A stretch of 64,000 nucleotides of DNA from Chloroflexota bacterium (GTDB lineage Bacteria; Chloroflexota; Limnocylindria; Limnocylindrales; CSP1-4): contig DAOUEA010000009.1 in NCBI GenBank assembly GCA_034430475.1, positions 43,269 to 107,268 of the forward strand, read 5' to 3'. Position numbers and translations under genes: made by a program. The notes below the pieces were generated by a model. The model was not told the origin of the DNA. It did not search any database and worked only from the letters and a program-made list of their open reading frames with translations. Below are positions 10,360-20,220 of the stretch, in pieces (position 1 is the stretch's first letter; each line of letters begins with the position of its first letter).

Positions 10360-12033
10360 CTATCTGGCCGTGACCACGATTCGCAGAGTGACCGTCTGAC
10401 CGTCGATAGCCGAGCAAGCTGCCCCGCTCAGGTTCTCGAGGTAAGGCGCGATGTTGAGATCGTAGGACGCCGGGTCGGAGCTGAACATCGCCCGCCCCAT
10501 GTCGTCCACGATGGCTGCCAGGTCCGCGTACGCCATGCCCGAGTTGAACAGGCCGGCGTAGCCCATTGCCCGGCGGTACTCGTCCTGAGCCGCCAGGGAT
10601 GTGTTCTCAGTCGTGTCCAGCATCTGCTTCATGAAGTCCTCGCCGTAGCCCACGATCAGCAAATCGCCGTGAGACGCGAGGTCGAGAGTGACCGGTTCCG
10701 CCGCCAGGCCCGTGATCGTGAGCCGGGAGACGCTGGTCCCCTTGTACTCCCACTCGGACTGCGACACCGATACGCCGGTCAGCAGCTCGGTGGCGTCGGC
10801 CAGGACCCCCAGGTTCGAGAACAGGGTCTTCTTGGTGGCGGCAGTATCGGCGTCGGGGGTCTTGACGACCAGCCCGCCGCCGTAGCCCGGGCCGTCGGCT
10901 GTGGCCAGGAGAGCCATGTCTCCGATCCAATCGACCCCGCCGATCGCCCCCACCGCCTCGACTATCTGGTCGATCAGCTGTCGCTGCTCGTCGGTGGAAC
11001 TCTGCCCTACCAGGCCGTCGATCAACTGCGTGGAGATCTCGCTCAGCGAGCGGACTTCGATCATGGCCACCGTCGAGCCGGGCAGATACCTGGTCAGCAG
11101 GCTCTCCCGACTGCCGGAGAGGGGCGCTTCCGCGGGCTTGGGGACCTTGATCTCCGCCGTCATCCGGTCGGACTCGGCTCGAACTGAGCCCGCCGCCCAG
11201 GCCGGCGCAGAGGCGAAGTCCAGGCTGGACACGTCCACCAGCTCCCCGATGGGCCCCAGGCTCGCGACCAGCGTTTCGGCCTCCGATCGGAGAATGGCCC
11301 GCGGATCCATGTAGAAGGCGGCCACGCGGTCGCCCGAGAGTGAGTCCATGGCGGTCTGATACGTCTCGCTCTCCGCCAGCGAACCGCTGGCTGGAGCGTC
11401 GAGGCCGGCCTTGACGGCATCTATGTTGCCGGCCAGCAGGACCCGGTCCGTCAGGGCGTAGGCCACGCCGTCTGCGCCGGAGCCCGCCTGGTGGAGGGTC
11501 GTGCCGGCGTACGTCGAAGCGGTGAAGGTCAGCCCTCTCCGAGCCGCCTCAGAGGCCACCCAGGCCTCGGCCGCGTCGCGGTCCTTGAGCGAGACGATGA
11601 GGGCGCCCTGGGGAGCCGCCCCGGATATCAGGCCCGCGGTCAGCCCCAGATCGGTTACCGCGATCGAGATCTCGCCGCTGGTCCAGGCCTTGAAGGCCGA
11701 GGTGTAGGTCAGCTCGGGCGAGATCTGGCTGGTGACGCGGTTGAGGAGCTCGTCGAAGGCGTTCTCGAACTGGGCTCGATCCTTGAAGCCCGGGAAATGG
11801 GTCATGAAGTCGGCCAGCTTCTGGTGCTGGTCGCCGGGCAGGTCGGTGCGGAAGTCGACGAAGACCAGCGTCTCCTGGGGCGCGTTACCGGCCGTCAGCG
11901 ATTTGGCGGCGCCGCCGCCGCCGGACAGGAAGAAGACCCCGGCCGCGCTGACCAGGGTGACGACCGTCACGACGGCGATGGCCACCACCCAGCGCAGCTT
12001 CCGCCCCCGGGTAGCTTGCGTTCGCGTCTCCAT
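10360..12033 (-). CDS. hypothetical exported / membrane-anchored protein (557 aa)
   Basis: N-terminal TM helix (WVVAIAVVTVVTLVSAAGVFFL) followed by a large Ser/Thr/Ala/Gly-rich domain. I recognise no catalytic motif. It sits between rpsP and ffh. Confidence 0.6.
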   Translation of the reverse strand: METRTQATRGRKLRWVVAIAVVTVVTLVSAAGVFFLSGGGGAAKSLTAGNAPQETLVFVDFRTDLPGDQHQKLADFMTHFPGFKDRAQFENAFDELLNRVTSQISPELTYTSAFKAWTSGEISIAVTDLGLTAGLISGAAPQGALIVSLKDRDAAEAWVASEAARRGLTFTASTYAGTTLHQAGSGADGVAYALTDRVLLAGNIDAVKAGLDAPASGSLAESETYQTAMDSLSGDRVAAFYMDPRAILRSEAETLVASLGPIGELVDVSSLDFASAPAWAAGSVRAESDRMTAEIKVPKPAEAPLSGSRESLLTRYLPGSTVAMIEVRSLSEISTQLIDGLVGQSSTDEQRQLIDQIVEAVGAIGGVDWIGDMALLATADGPGYGGGLVVKTPDADTAATKKTLFSNLGVLADATELLTGVSVSQSEWEYKGTSVSRLTITGLAAEPVTLDLASHGDLLIVGYGEDFMKQMLDTTENTSLAAQDEYRRAMGYAGLFNSGMAYADLAAIVDDMGRAMFSSDPASYDLNIAPYLENLSGAACSAIDGQTVTLRIVVTAR

Positions 12034-12036
12034 CGC

Positions 12037-13368
12037 TCAGCCCTGCCCCAACATGCCCGGCAGGCGCCGGGCCATCTTGCCGGCGGACATCTGCTTCATG
12101 AGCTTCTGCAGCTCGGCGAACTGCTTCACCAGGTGGTTGACGTCCTGCAGCCGGGTGCCCGACCCCTGGGCGATTCGGCGCCGGCGCGAGCCGTTCAGAA
12201 TCGAGGGATCGCGCCTCTCGTCGGGCGTCATGGAGCGGATGATCGCCTGAACGTGCTTCAGGTCACCCCGCTCGACCGAAGCCTGGGCCTGCTTGGCCAT
12301 GCCCCCCATGCCGGGGATCATCTCGATCAGCGACCCGAGCGGACCCATCTTCTGGATCTGCTCCATCTGCTCGAGCATGTCCTCCAGGGTGAAGCTGCTC
12401 TTGCGCAGCTTCTCGGCCATCTTCTCGGCCTGCTTCTCGTCGTAGGCCTCCTGGGCCCGCTCGACGAGCGTCAGGATGTCGCCCATGCCCAGGATGCGGC
12501 CGGCCAGCCGGTCAGGATGGAAGGGCTCGATGGCGTCGGTCTTCTCGCCTGTGCCGAGGAACTTGACCGGCAGCCCGGTGACGGCGGAGATCGACAGAGC
12601 GGCACCGCCGCGGGCGTCGCCGTCGATCTTGGTGAGGATGAGCCCTGTGACCGGCACGGCATCGGCGAAGGCCTGGGCCACGTTGACCGACTCCTGGCCG
12701 GTCATGGCGTCCACGACCAGCAACGTCTCCGACGGTTTGACCGCCTTCGTCAGGTCGGCGATCTCCTTCATCAGCTCGGCGTCGACGGTGAGGCGCCCCG
12801 CGGTGTCGAGGATCACGGTGTCGCGGACGAGCTTCCGGGCGGCATTCAGGCCGCCCTTGGCGATGTCGACGACCTTGGTGCCCGCCGCGGCGCGATGGAC
12901 CGGTACGTCCAGGGCCTTGCCCAGCGTCTCCAGCTGGTCGGCAGCGGCGGGGCGGTACGGGTCGGCCGCGACCATCAGCGGCCGGCGCCCCGAACGCACC
13001 AGATGGCGGGCCAGCTTGGCGGCGCTCGTGGTCTTGCCCGAGCCCTGTAGGCCGATCAGGACGATGACCGCCGGGTTGCCCGTAACGTGGAACGTCCGGT
13101 CGCCCGCGGAGAGCAGGGACACCAGCTCCTCGTTGACGATCTTGACCACCTGCTGGCCGGCGGTCAGGCTCTCCAGGACCTCCGCCCCGGTCGCCCGTTC
13201 GCGGACGCGGGCCACGAAGTCCTTGACGACCTTGAAGTTGACGTCCGCCTCGAGCAGGGCGAGGCGGACTTCACGCATGGCGGCATCGACGTCGGCCGCG
13301 CTCACTCGCCCTCGGCCCGTTAGGGAGGCCAGGGTCTGGCGCAGCCTGTCGCTCAGCGCATCGAACAC
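12037..13368 (-). CDS. ffh: signal recognition particle protein Ffh
   Basis: N domain, G domain with GLQGSGKTT...DTAGR...TKIDGDARGG, and an M-rich M domain. Confidence 0.95.
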   Translation of the reverse strand: MFDALSDRLRQTLASLTGRGRVSAADVDAAMREVRLALLEADVNFKVVKDFVARVRERATGAEVLESLTAGQQVVKIVNEELVSLLSAGDRTFHVTGNPAVIVLIGLQGSGKTTSAAKLARHLVRSGRRPLMVAADPYRPAAADQLETLGKALDVPVHRAAAGTKVVDIAKGGLNAARKLVRDTVILDTAGRLTVDAELMKEIADLTKAVKPSETLLVVDAMTGQESVNVAQAFADAVPVTGLILTKIDGDARGGAALSISAVTGLPVKFLGTGEKTDAIEPFHPDRLAGRILGMGDILTLVERAQEAYDEKQAEKMAEKLRKSSFTLEDMLEQMEQIQKMGPLGSLIEMIPGMGGMAKQAQASVERGDLKHVQAIIRSMTPDERRDPSILNGSRRRRIAQGSGTRLQDVNHLVKQFAELQKLMKQMSAGKMARRLPGMLGQG

Positions 13369-13574
13369 CGGTGGATAGGACTCCTGATTCGTCCCGCCGG
13401 GCCGACAGCCTGGCCCGACGTTGGGCCGCGGATTCTGGCGGCACCGAAGGCGGCCGGAGTGTACCGCATCCGCTCCCCGCCCGATAGGGCCGGGCCCGAC
13501 CGCCTTCTCCGGCCTGCCCCGGGGACCGGCCTGCGATACAGTCCTGTCGGCCCAGCCAAATCCACAGGAAAGGC

Positions 13575-14243
13575 GTGATGAGCGACAGCCAGACGACCGC
13601 CCCCCGGCCCGTAGCGGCCGACTACCAGAGCGGCCCAGTGATCTTCGCCATCGCCGGCGCAGCGGCCCTGGGTGGCATCTTGTGGTTCCCCCTCTGGTTC
13701 TTCGGGGCGCAGCTGCTCCGCCTCTGGGCCCCGCAGGGCGGCCGCAAGTGGCTCAGAAGCCAGGGCGTGCCCGAGTACTCCGACGAGCAGTACGCCACCG
13801 CCATGTCCTTGATCCCCGTCATCCCGATTGCGGCCCGCCTCCTCGTCTCCTTCGACTGGCTCGAGCCCTTCACGACGCTGATCAACGAGCGCAAGGAACC
13901 GATCGCCCCCGGGGAGATGGCGGTCCTGGTCGACCTCGTCCTGGGCCTGGCCATCGCCGCCTCGCTGACCGGGGTCATGCGCACCCGCGGCTGGCCCTGG
14001 CTCGTGGCCCTGGCGGGCTTCGTGCCCGTGGTGGCTGTGGCCCTCATCGTCGGCTTCGCGCCGCCGTGGGAGATCAACGGCTTCGCCCTCATCCCGGTGG
14101 CGGCGTACGGCAGCCTCGTGAGCCAGCTGGCCCTCTTCCTCCAGGGCGCGCCCGAGCGGCGGGCCCGACGGGCGGCTCGCGAAGCAGCCCGCATCGAGGA
14201 CAAGAGGATCGAAGCCGAGATCAGGAGGGAGCGGGGCTACTAG
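13575..14243 (+). CDS. hypothetical polytopic membrane protein (222 aa)
   Basis: Several hydrophobic segments and a charged C-terminus (RRARRAAREAARIEDKRIEAEIRRERGY). It is the only plus-strand gene in the ffh-ftsY region. Codon usage has high GC3. Confidence 0.55.
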   Translation: MMSDSQTTAPRPVAADYQSGPVIFAIAGAAALGGILWFPLWFFGAQLLRLWAPQGGRKWLRSQGVPEYSDEQYATAMSLIPVIPIAARLLVSFDWLEPFTTLINERKEPIAPGEMAVLVDLVLGLAIAASLTGVMRTRGWPWLVALAGFVPVVAVALIVGFAPPWEINGFALIPVAAYGSLVSQLALFLQGAPERRARRAAREAARIEDKRIEAEIRRERGY

Positions 14244-14256
14244 CCCGGCGCCGCGG

Positions 14257-15291
14257 CTAGCCGAAGAGGGCGTCCACGAAGGCCACCGGGTCGAAGGGCA
14301 GCAGATCGCCCAGGCGCTCCCCCACCCCCACATAACGAACCGGCAGTTCCAAGGTGTCCTCGATGGCGAAGACGATGCCGCCTTTGGCCGTCGAGTCGAG
14401 CTTGGTCAACACGATCCCGGTCAGGCCGATCGTCTCGTGGAACACCTTCGCCTGAGCCAGGCCGTTCTGGCCCGTCGTCGCGTCGAGGACGAACAGGACC
14501 TCGGGCCTGGCGCCCTCCAGGCGGCGATCGACCACCCGCCGCATCTTGGCCAGCTCATCCATCAGGTTCGACTTCGTGTGGAGGCGGCCGGCGGTGTCGG
14601 CGATGACCAGATCCACGTTCCGGGCCACAGCCGCGTCCAGCGCGTCGTATACGACGGCCGAGGGATCGGCTCCCGGGGCGTGGGAGACGAACTGGCAACC
14701 CGCTCTGTCGGCCCATATCTGGAGCTGGTCGATGGCCGCCGCCCGAAAGGTGTCGGCGGCGGCCAGGAGCACGGTGGCGCCGTCGGCCCGATAGCGGTGC
14801 GCCAGCTTGCCGATGGTCGTCGTCTTGCCCGTCCCGTTCACGCCTACGACCAGGACGACCGCCGGCTGATCGGGCCTGGGTCTGGCGGGCCGCCAGGCGG
14901 GGTCGCTGGCGACGAGACGGCTCGCCAGCTCCGCTCGGACGGCAGACTGGGCGTCGGGGGTGTCGCGACGGGCCCTGGCCTGCTCCACTACGGCCGCGGC
15001 CAGCGCGCCGCCGACGTCGCCGGCGATCAGGATCTCCTCGGCTTCCTCCCACTCCTCGTCCGAGGGACCGGACCGCAGGACGCCGCGGAGCCGGGCCATG
15101 AACCCCCCTCGGCTCCTCTCCAGGCCCGCGGTCAGGTCGCCGGGAGCCTCCTCAGAGAGGGGCGGAGGCGCCGGCGCGGTTGCGGGGACAGGCGCAGCCG
15201 GCGTGGTTGCGGGGACAGGCGCAGCCGGCTCGGCTGGGACCTCGGCCGGGATTTCGGCCGGCGGCTCGTTCGGCTTGCGACGGAAGAACAC
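14257..15291 (-). CDS. ftsY: signal recognition particle receptor FtsY
   Basis: Pro/Ala-rich acidic N-terminus, then GVNGTGKTTT...DTAGR...TKLDSTAKGG. Confidence 0.95.
   Translation of the reverse strand: MFFRRKPNEPPAEIPAEVPAEPAAPVPATTPAAPVPATAPAPPPLSEEAPGDLTAGLERSRGGFMARLRGVLRSGPSDEEWEEAEEILIAGDVGGALAAAVVEQARARRDTPDAQSAVRAELASRLVASDPAWRPARPRPDQPAVVLVVGVNGTGKTTTIGKLAHRYRADGATVLLAAADTFRAAAIDQLQIWADRAGCQFVSHAPGADPSAVVYDALDAAVARNVDLVIADTAGRLHTKSNLMDELAKMRRVVDRRLEGARPEVLFVLDATTGQNGLAQAKVFHETIGLTGIVLTKLDSTAKGGIVFAIEDTLELPVRYVGVGERLGDLLPFDPVAFVDALFG
15178..15231. repeat. 27-bp tandem direct repeat (2 copies) inside the ftsY N-terminal low-complexity region
   Basis: ggttgcggggacaggcgcagccggc(gt) occurs twice in tandem. 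On the minus strand it encodes the repeated PAAPVPAT(T/A) peptide. Confidence 0.7.
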
Positions 15292-15302
15292 GGAACCTCC
15301 GA

Positions 15303-18300
15303 TCAGCCCGCGGTCGAGGCCTTCGAGCGGGCAATCTGATCGGCCACCTCCTGAGCCTCCTCGAGACGCAGGCTGATGACCCGGCTGATCGCGTCGTCGC
15401 CGACGGTCACTCCATACAGCGCGTCGGCGGTCTCGATCGTGCCGCGATTGTGGGTGATGACGATGAACTGCGTCTGGTCCGCCAGGCCCCGCAGCGCATC
15501 GACGAACCGGCCGACGTTGGCTTCGTCGAGCGCGGCGTCAACCTCGTCGAGCACGCAGAACGGTACGGGATGGATCTCCAGCATCGCGAACAGCAGGGCG
15601 ACCGCAGTCAGGGCCCGCTCTCCGCCCGAAAGCATGCTCAAGGGCTGGGCCTTCTTGCCCGGCGGCCGGGCCACGATCTCAACGCCCGTCGCGGCCAGGT
15701 CCTCCGGATCGGTCAGGCTCAGCTTCGCGTAGCCGCCGTCGAAGAGCTGCCGAAAGCGGGCGTCAAAGGCGGTCTCCAGCGCCGCGAACGTGGTCCGGAA
15801 CTGAGTGGCGATCATTGTGTTGAGCTGCTCGATGACGGCCCGCGTCTTGGAGATAGCCTCGATCAGGTCCGCCCGCTGCGCCTCCAGCCCGTCAAGGCGG
15901 GTCTTGAGGGCCTGGTGCTCCTCGGCGGCGAACGGGTTGGGCGCTCCCAGCTCATGGAAGCGCCGCCGCAGCGTCGCCAGGCGGCTGGTGGGCGGTGGCT
16001 CTATCGGGGGGCCGGCAGCCCAGCGAGCTCCGGCCGACTTCAGGGCCGCCTCCAGCGCCAGGGCGTACTCATCGTCGTCGCCCTCGGAGGCCTCCGTCTC
16101 GGTCTCGTGCTCCTCGCCCTGCGCCTCGTCGTCGACATCGCCCTCGTTGGAGATAAGGCGCAGACCCAGCTCGCCGAGCCCGGCCAGCTCGACCAGCACC
16201 TGCTCCCGGATCGAATCCAGGGCCATCCTGGCTTCCAGCTCCGCCACCTCGGCGTTGCGGATTCGCTCCTGGCATACACGCAACCGCTCCCGTGCCTTCC
16301 CGGCTGCGGTCTCGGCCTCGCTCAGCTGGCCACGCAGCACGGCCTCAGCGCGCCTGATCTCCTCCAGCTCGCCCCTGACGCCTGCTTCTCTGATGCCGGC
16401 CGCGGCCAGCGACTCGCCCAGGCCCTGCCTGTCCGCCGCCAGCGTCCGCTCCCGCTCGCCCAGCTCGGCGGCCTGACGATCCAGCTCGGCGAGCCGCAGC
16501 TGGTCCATCTCGGCCGCAGCCCCAGTCCTGGCCTGACGCGCTTCGGCTTCTCGCCGGGCGGCCTCCAGGCCGGCCTCCTCGGCCGCCAGCTGGTCCCGCT
16601 GGGCCCGCAGCGCCGCCGCCCGGGCTTCCCACTCCCGCATCGCGGCGGGCCGGCCCTTCTGATCCGCTGCGTCCCCCTTCGCCTTCTCGCCGACATCGCC
16701 CCTGGCAGCCGCTTCTGCCGCCTGGGCGGCGGCGGCCAGGCGGTCCCGTTCGGTGCCGGCGCGCTCTGCCTGAGCTGACCTCCAGGCCGCTTCTCGAGCA
16801 GCCGTCTCCGCCGCTCGCGCCGCGAGCCTCTCCCCTTCTTCCGCTTCCCGGCGCGCCGCCGTAGCCTGCCGCTCCTCTTCCAGCGCTCGGTCCAGCGCCT
16901 GGCGCGCCGCCTCCACCTCCTGCGTGGCCCTGGCGGCAGCCGCCGCGGCAACCCCGGCCTCTTTCTCCAGGCGGCCGGCCTCGTCGCCCAGGCGTTCCAG
17001 CTCGGCCCGCCGCTCCAGCCGCGACTCGCGGCGGCCCACGGCCACGACGCCGTTCGCCGTGGCAACGGCCCCTTCTTCAGTCACCACGATCCAGCCCTGA
17101 GGCAGGTGCGGCTGAACTGCCAGCCCCGCCTTCAGGTCCGGCACCCAGAGCGCCCGACTCAGGAGCCTGCCGACCGCCCCCGTCGGGTCCACGCGGACGG
17201 ACTCGGCGAGCCTGCCCCCGCCATGCTCGAGCGCCGCCTCGACGGCCGCAGAGGCCGCCTCAGCCTCACGCTCGGTCGCCCGTGCAGCTTCACGCCCCGC
17301 AGCCCTAGAGGCGCTGTCGCCGGGGCCTGAGCCCGGGCCGTCGCCGCTCAGCACCAGGGTCCCTCTCTGGCTCTCCAGCCCCAAAGCCGCGTCGCGCTCG
17401 ACCACATAGCCCCGCGCGGCCTCGCCCAGCGCCGCCTCAACGGCGATCCGGAAACCGCTCTCGACCTGCAGCCCATCGGCGACCGGCAATCCGCCCAGCT
17501 TCCGGGCGGCCCTGGCGATGGCCCGAGCCTCCTCTTCGGCAAGCCTGGCCGCCAGCGCGGAGTGCCTGCCTCGCAGCCCGGCTGCCCTGGCGGCCAGCGC
17601 AGCGGCCGCTTCGGCCGCCGCGGCGCGCGCTCCTTCTCGCTGATCTAGCTCGGCGCGCGCCGCTTCGCGGGCGGTGCCGGCGCCCTTCTCCCGCTCTGTG
17701 GATGCCACCAGCGCGTCCCGCGGCCCGGTGTGCGCGGCATCGGCCTCAGCCAGACGGCGCTGTGCCTCGCTCGAAGCCGCCGCCTCCGCCTCGGCCGTTC
17801 TCTCCGCCTCCGCCAGCCGGCGGCGGGCCGTTTCCAGCTCGGCAGCCCGGGCCGCCTGCACGCGGCGCAGGGCGGCCGCCTCGTCGTCCCGGGCCTGGCT
17901 GGTAGCCCGCATCGCGCCCAGCTCCTCCAGGGCCTCGGCCAGGGCCCGCTCCGCCTCGGCCACGGCCGCGGCCAGAGCCAGGTCCGGGGCCGGCACCGGC
18001 GCAGCCAGGTCTCGCCGCTGATGCTCCAGATCCGCCTCTACGGCGGCCCGTTCGGCTGCCAGGCGCCCGCGGTCGCGCCCGGCGGCCTCGCCCTCGCTGG
18101 CCAGCCGCGCGTCCTTGAGCTGCAGCTCGGTCAGCAGGCTCCGGGCGGTCTCATGGGCCGTCAGGCGCTCCGACTCCGTGTCCGATCGGCTGGCCAGCTC
18201 GCGGGCGATCTCGGCGGCCCGATCCTCGGCCTCGCGCAACGCCGCCAGGGCGGCGTCCGATTCGCTCTGTCCCGTCCTGAGCCCCCGACTGGCCTCGCCC

Positions 18301-19031
18301 AGGCGCGCCGCGGTCTCGAACCAGCGCGAACGGGCCATGGCCACAACTGCCCGGCCGTACTCCCGTCCGGCGCTCTGGCGCGTAGCCTGCTGCTCGGCCT
18401 GTGCCGCCAGGCGGCGCGCCTGAGGCCGCAACTCGGCCAGCACGTCCTCGACCCGGGCCAGATTGGCCTCGGCTTCCTCGAGCTGCTCTTCGGCCTTCCG
18501 CTTGCGCCTCTCGTGGCGCCGCACCCCGGCCACTTCCTCGAAGAGCGGCCGTCGTTCCTCAGGCCGCAGGGCCAGCGCCTGGTCCACCATGCCCTGGCCG
18601 ATGAACAGGAAGGCGTTGTCGGCAAGGTGGGCCGAGTCGAGCAGGTCGACCAGGTCTCGCAGCCGGACCCGCTGCCTGTTGAGCAGGTAGTCGCTCTCGC
18701 CGGAGCGGAACAGCCGCCGCCCCAGCTCGACGGTCTCGAAATCGATGGGCAGCAGCCTGTCGGCGTTGTCCAGGACGAGTGTAACGTCGGCCATTCCCAG
18801 CGCCGACCGGCGTTCGGAGCCGGCGAAAATCACGTCCTCGGATCTACGAAGGCGCAGAGCCCGTCCCTGCTCGCCCAGAGCCCAGCGCAGGGCGTCGGCC
18901 AGGTTGCTCTTGCCCGATCCGTTGGGCCCCACGACGGCGCTGATGCCGGGGCCGAACTCGACCAGGGTCCGCTCGCCGAATGACTTGAAGCCCTGCAGGC
19001 GCAAGGCGAGGAGCCGGGCCGGCGCGGTCAT
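15303..19031 (-). CDS. smc: chromosome partition protein SMC
   Basis: 1242 aa. N-terminal Walker A GPNGSGKSN, long coiled coils, hinge, and C-terminal LSGGE signature with Walker B. Confidence 0.95.
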   Translation of the reverse strand: MTAPARLLALRLQGFKSFGERTLVEFGPGISAVVGPNGSGKSNLADALRWALGEQGRALRLRRSEDVIFAGSERRSALGMADVTLVLDNADRLLPIDFETVELGRRLFRSGESDYLLNRQRVRLRDLVDLLDSAHLADNAFLFIGQGMVDQALALRPEERRPLFEEVAGVRRHERRKRKAEEQLEEAEANLARVEDVLAELRPQARRLAAQAEQQATRQSAGREYGRAVVAMARSRWFETAARLGEASRGLRTGQSESDAALAALREAEDRAAEIARELASRSDTESERLTAHETARSLLTELQLKDARLASEGEAAGRDRGRLAAERAAVEADLEHQRRDLAAPVPAPDLALAAAVAEAERALAEALEELGAMRATSQARDDEAAALRRVQAARAAELETARRRLAEAERTAEAEAAASSEAQRRLAEADAAHTGPRDALVASTEREKGAGTAREAARAELDQREGARAAAAEAAAALAARAAGLRGRHSALAARLAEEEARAIARAARKLGGLPVADGLQVESGFRIAVEAALGEAARGYVVERDAALGLESQRGTLVLSGDGPGSGPGDSASRAAGREAARATEREAEAASAAVEAALEHGGGRLAESVRVDPTGAVGRLLSRALWVPDLKAGLAVQPHLPQGWIVVTEEGAVATANGVVAVGRRESRLERRAELERLGDEAGRLEKEAGVAAAAAARATQEVEAARQALDRALEEERQATAARREAEEGERLAARAAETAAREAAWRSAQAERAGTERDRLAAAAQAAEAAARGDVGEKAKGDAADQKGRPAAMREWEARAAALRAQRDQLAAEEAGLEAARREAEARQARTGAAAEMDQLRLAELDRQAAELGERERTLAADRQGLGESLAAAGIREAGVRGELEEIRRAEAVLRGQLSEAETAAGKARERLRVCQERIRNAEVAELEARMALDSIREQVLVELAGLGELGLRLISNEGDVDDEAQGEEHETETEASEGDDDEYALALEAALKSAGARWAAGPPIEPPPTSRLATLRRRFHELGAPNPFAAEEHQALKTRLDGLEAQRADLIEAISKTRAVIEQLNTMIATQFRTTFAALETAFDARFRQLFDGGYAKLSLTDPEDLAATGVEIVARPPGKKAQPLSMLSGGERALTAVALLFAMLEIHPVPFCVLDEVDAALDEANVGRFVDALRGLADQTQFIVITHNRGTIETADALYGVTVGDDAISRVISLRLEEAQEVADQIARSKASTAG

Positions 19032-19936
19032 CGGCCGCCCCGGTCAGGGTCGCGTCCCCCCTCGGTCTCCGAGGCAGCGCCGGGCAGAAGGCTCATGTCG
19101 ATCTCGTCCCAGGGACCGTGGGCAGCCGCCATTGCGTTCCCATTGCCGCTCCACGAGCCTGACTCGGCCTCCGGATCGCCCGGTTCGTCAACTCCAAAGT
19201 ACTCCAGCTCAGGCGCGCCCTCAGACCCCGGCGAAAGCTCGCCCGGATCGCTCCGCAGGGCCTCGATCGCGCGCGCTGCTGCGGCTGTCTCGGCCAGGCG
19301 GCGCGAGGAACCCTCGCCTACGCCGATCACCCGCCCCGACACTGCGACCTCCACGCGGAACGTCTTGTCGTGGTCGGGCCCGGTGGCGCCGACGAGCCGA
19401 TATTGAGGCCTCTCTCCCGAGAGCCGTTGAGTGAACTCCTGGAGTCTGCTCTTGGGGCTCTTGAGAGAACCGAGAGGCCGGCCGGAGGTGAGCTCCGGAG
19501 AGGCCAGGGACACCACAAATCCGCTGGCTGCCTCGTACCCGAGATCCAGGTAGATGGCTCCCACCACGGCTTCGAAGGCCGACGCCAGGAGGCCTGGCCG
19601 GCGGCGTCCTCCGCGCTGGGATTCGCCTTCTCCCAGGAGCAGATACTGGCCGAGATCGAGGCGGTTGGCCAGCCTGGCCAGCCCGGTGGTACTGACGATC
19701 GCAGCCCGGCGGGCGGAGAGAACGCCCTCGTCGTCGTCTGGGTGGCGACGATAGAGGGCGTCCGATATGGCCACGCTTACGACGGAGTCGCCCAGGAACT
19801 CCAGACGCTCGTTGTGGCCAACGGCCAGGTCCCGATGCTCGTGCAGGTAGCTGCTGTGGATCAAGGCCTGCTGAAGCAGGTCGAGGTCACGGACCGGGAG
19901 CCCCAGCCGCTCGACGAGAGCGGCCGCGGGGCGCAT
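19028..19936 (-). CDS. rnc: ribonuclease III with an acidic C-terminal extension
   Basis: ERLEFLGDSV signature and a dsRBD. There is an extra roughly 70-aa Gly/Glu/Pro-rich C-terminal tail. The stop overlaps the smc start. Confidence 0.9.
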   Translation of the reverse strand: MRPAAALVERLGLPVRDLDLLQQALIHSSYLHEHRDLAVGHNERLEFLGDSVVSVAISDALYRRHPDDDEGVLSARRAAIVSTTGLARLANRLDLGQYLLLGEGESQRGGRRRPGLLASAFEAVVGAIYLDLGYEAASGFVVSLASPELTSGRPLGSLKSPKSRLQEFTQRLSGERPQYRLVGATGPDHDKTFRVEVAVSGRVIGVGEGSSRRLAETAAAARAIEALRSDPGELSPGSEGAPELEYFGVDEPGDPEAESGSWSGNGNAMAAAHGPWDEIDMSLLPGAASETEGGRDPDRGGR

Positions 19937-19948
19937 CAGCTACTGCGG

Positions 19949-20185
19949 TTAGGCCGCGTGCTCGTCGATGTAATCGACGGCGTCCTGCACGGTCCGGATC
20001 TTCTCGGCTTCCTCGTCGGAGATCTCGGTGCCGAACTCCTCTTCGAGGCTCATGATGAGCTCGACGAGGTCGAGCGAATCGGCGTTGAGATCGTCGACGA
20101 ACGAAGCCTCAGGCTTGACCTCCTCCTCGTCGACGCCGAGCTGCTCGACGACGATCTTCTTGAGTCGCTCGTAGGTTGTGGCCAC
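19949..20185 (-). CDS. acpP: acyl carrier protein
   Basis: [23 protein letters not shown]...[21 protein letters not shown] (DSLD phosphopantetheine site). GTG 20185 has AGGAGGG 6 nt upstream; the track ORF's 5' extension is not real. Confidence 0.9.
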   Translation of the reverse strand: MATTYERLKKIVVEQLGVDEEEVKPEASFVDDLNADSLDLVELIMSLEEEFGTEISDEEAEKIRTVQDAVDYIDEHAA

Positions 20186-20220
20186 TGCGCCCTCCTGGGT
20201 TCGTGAGCTTTCCTTGACGG

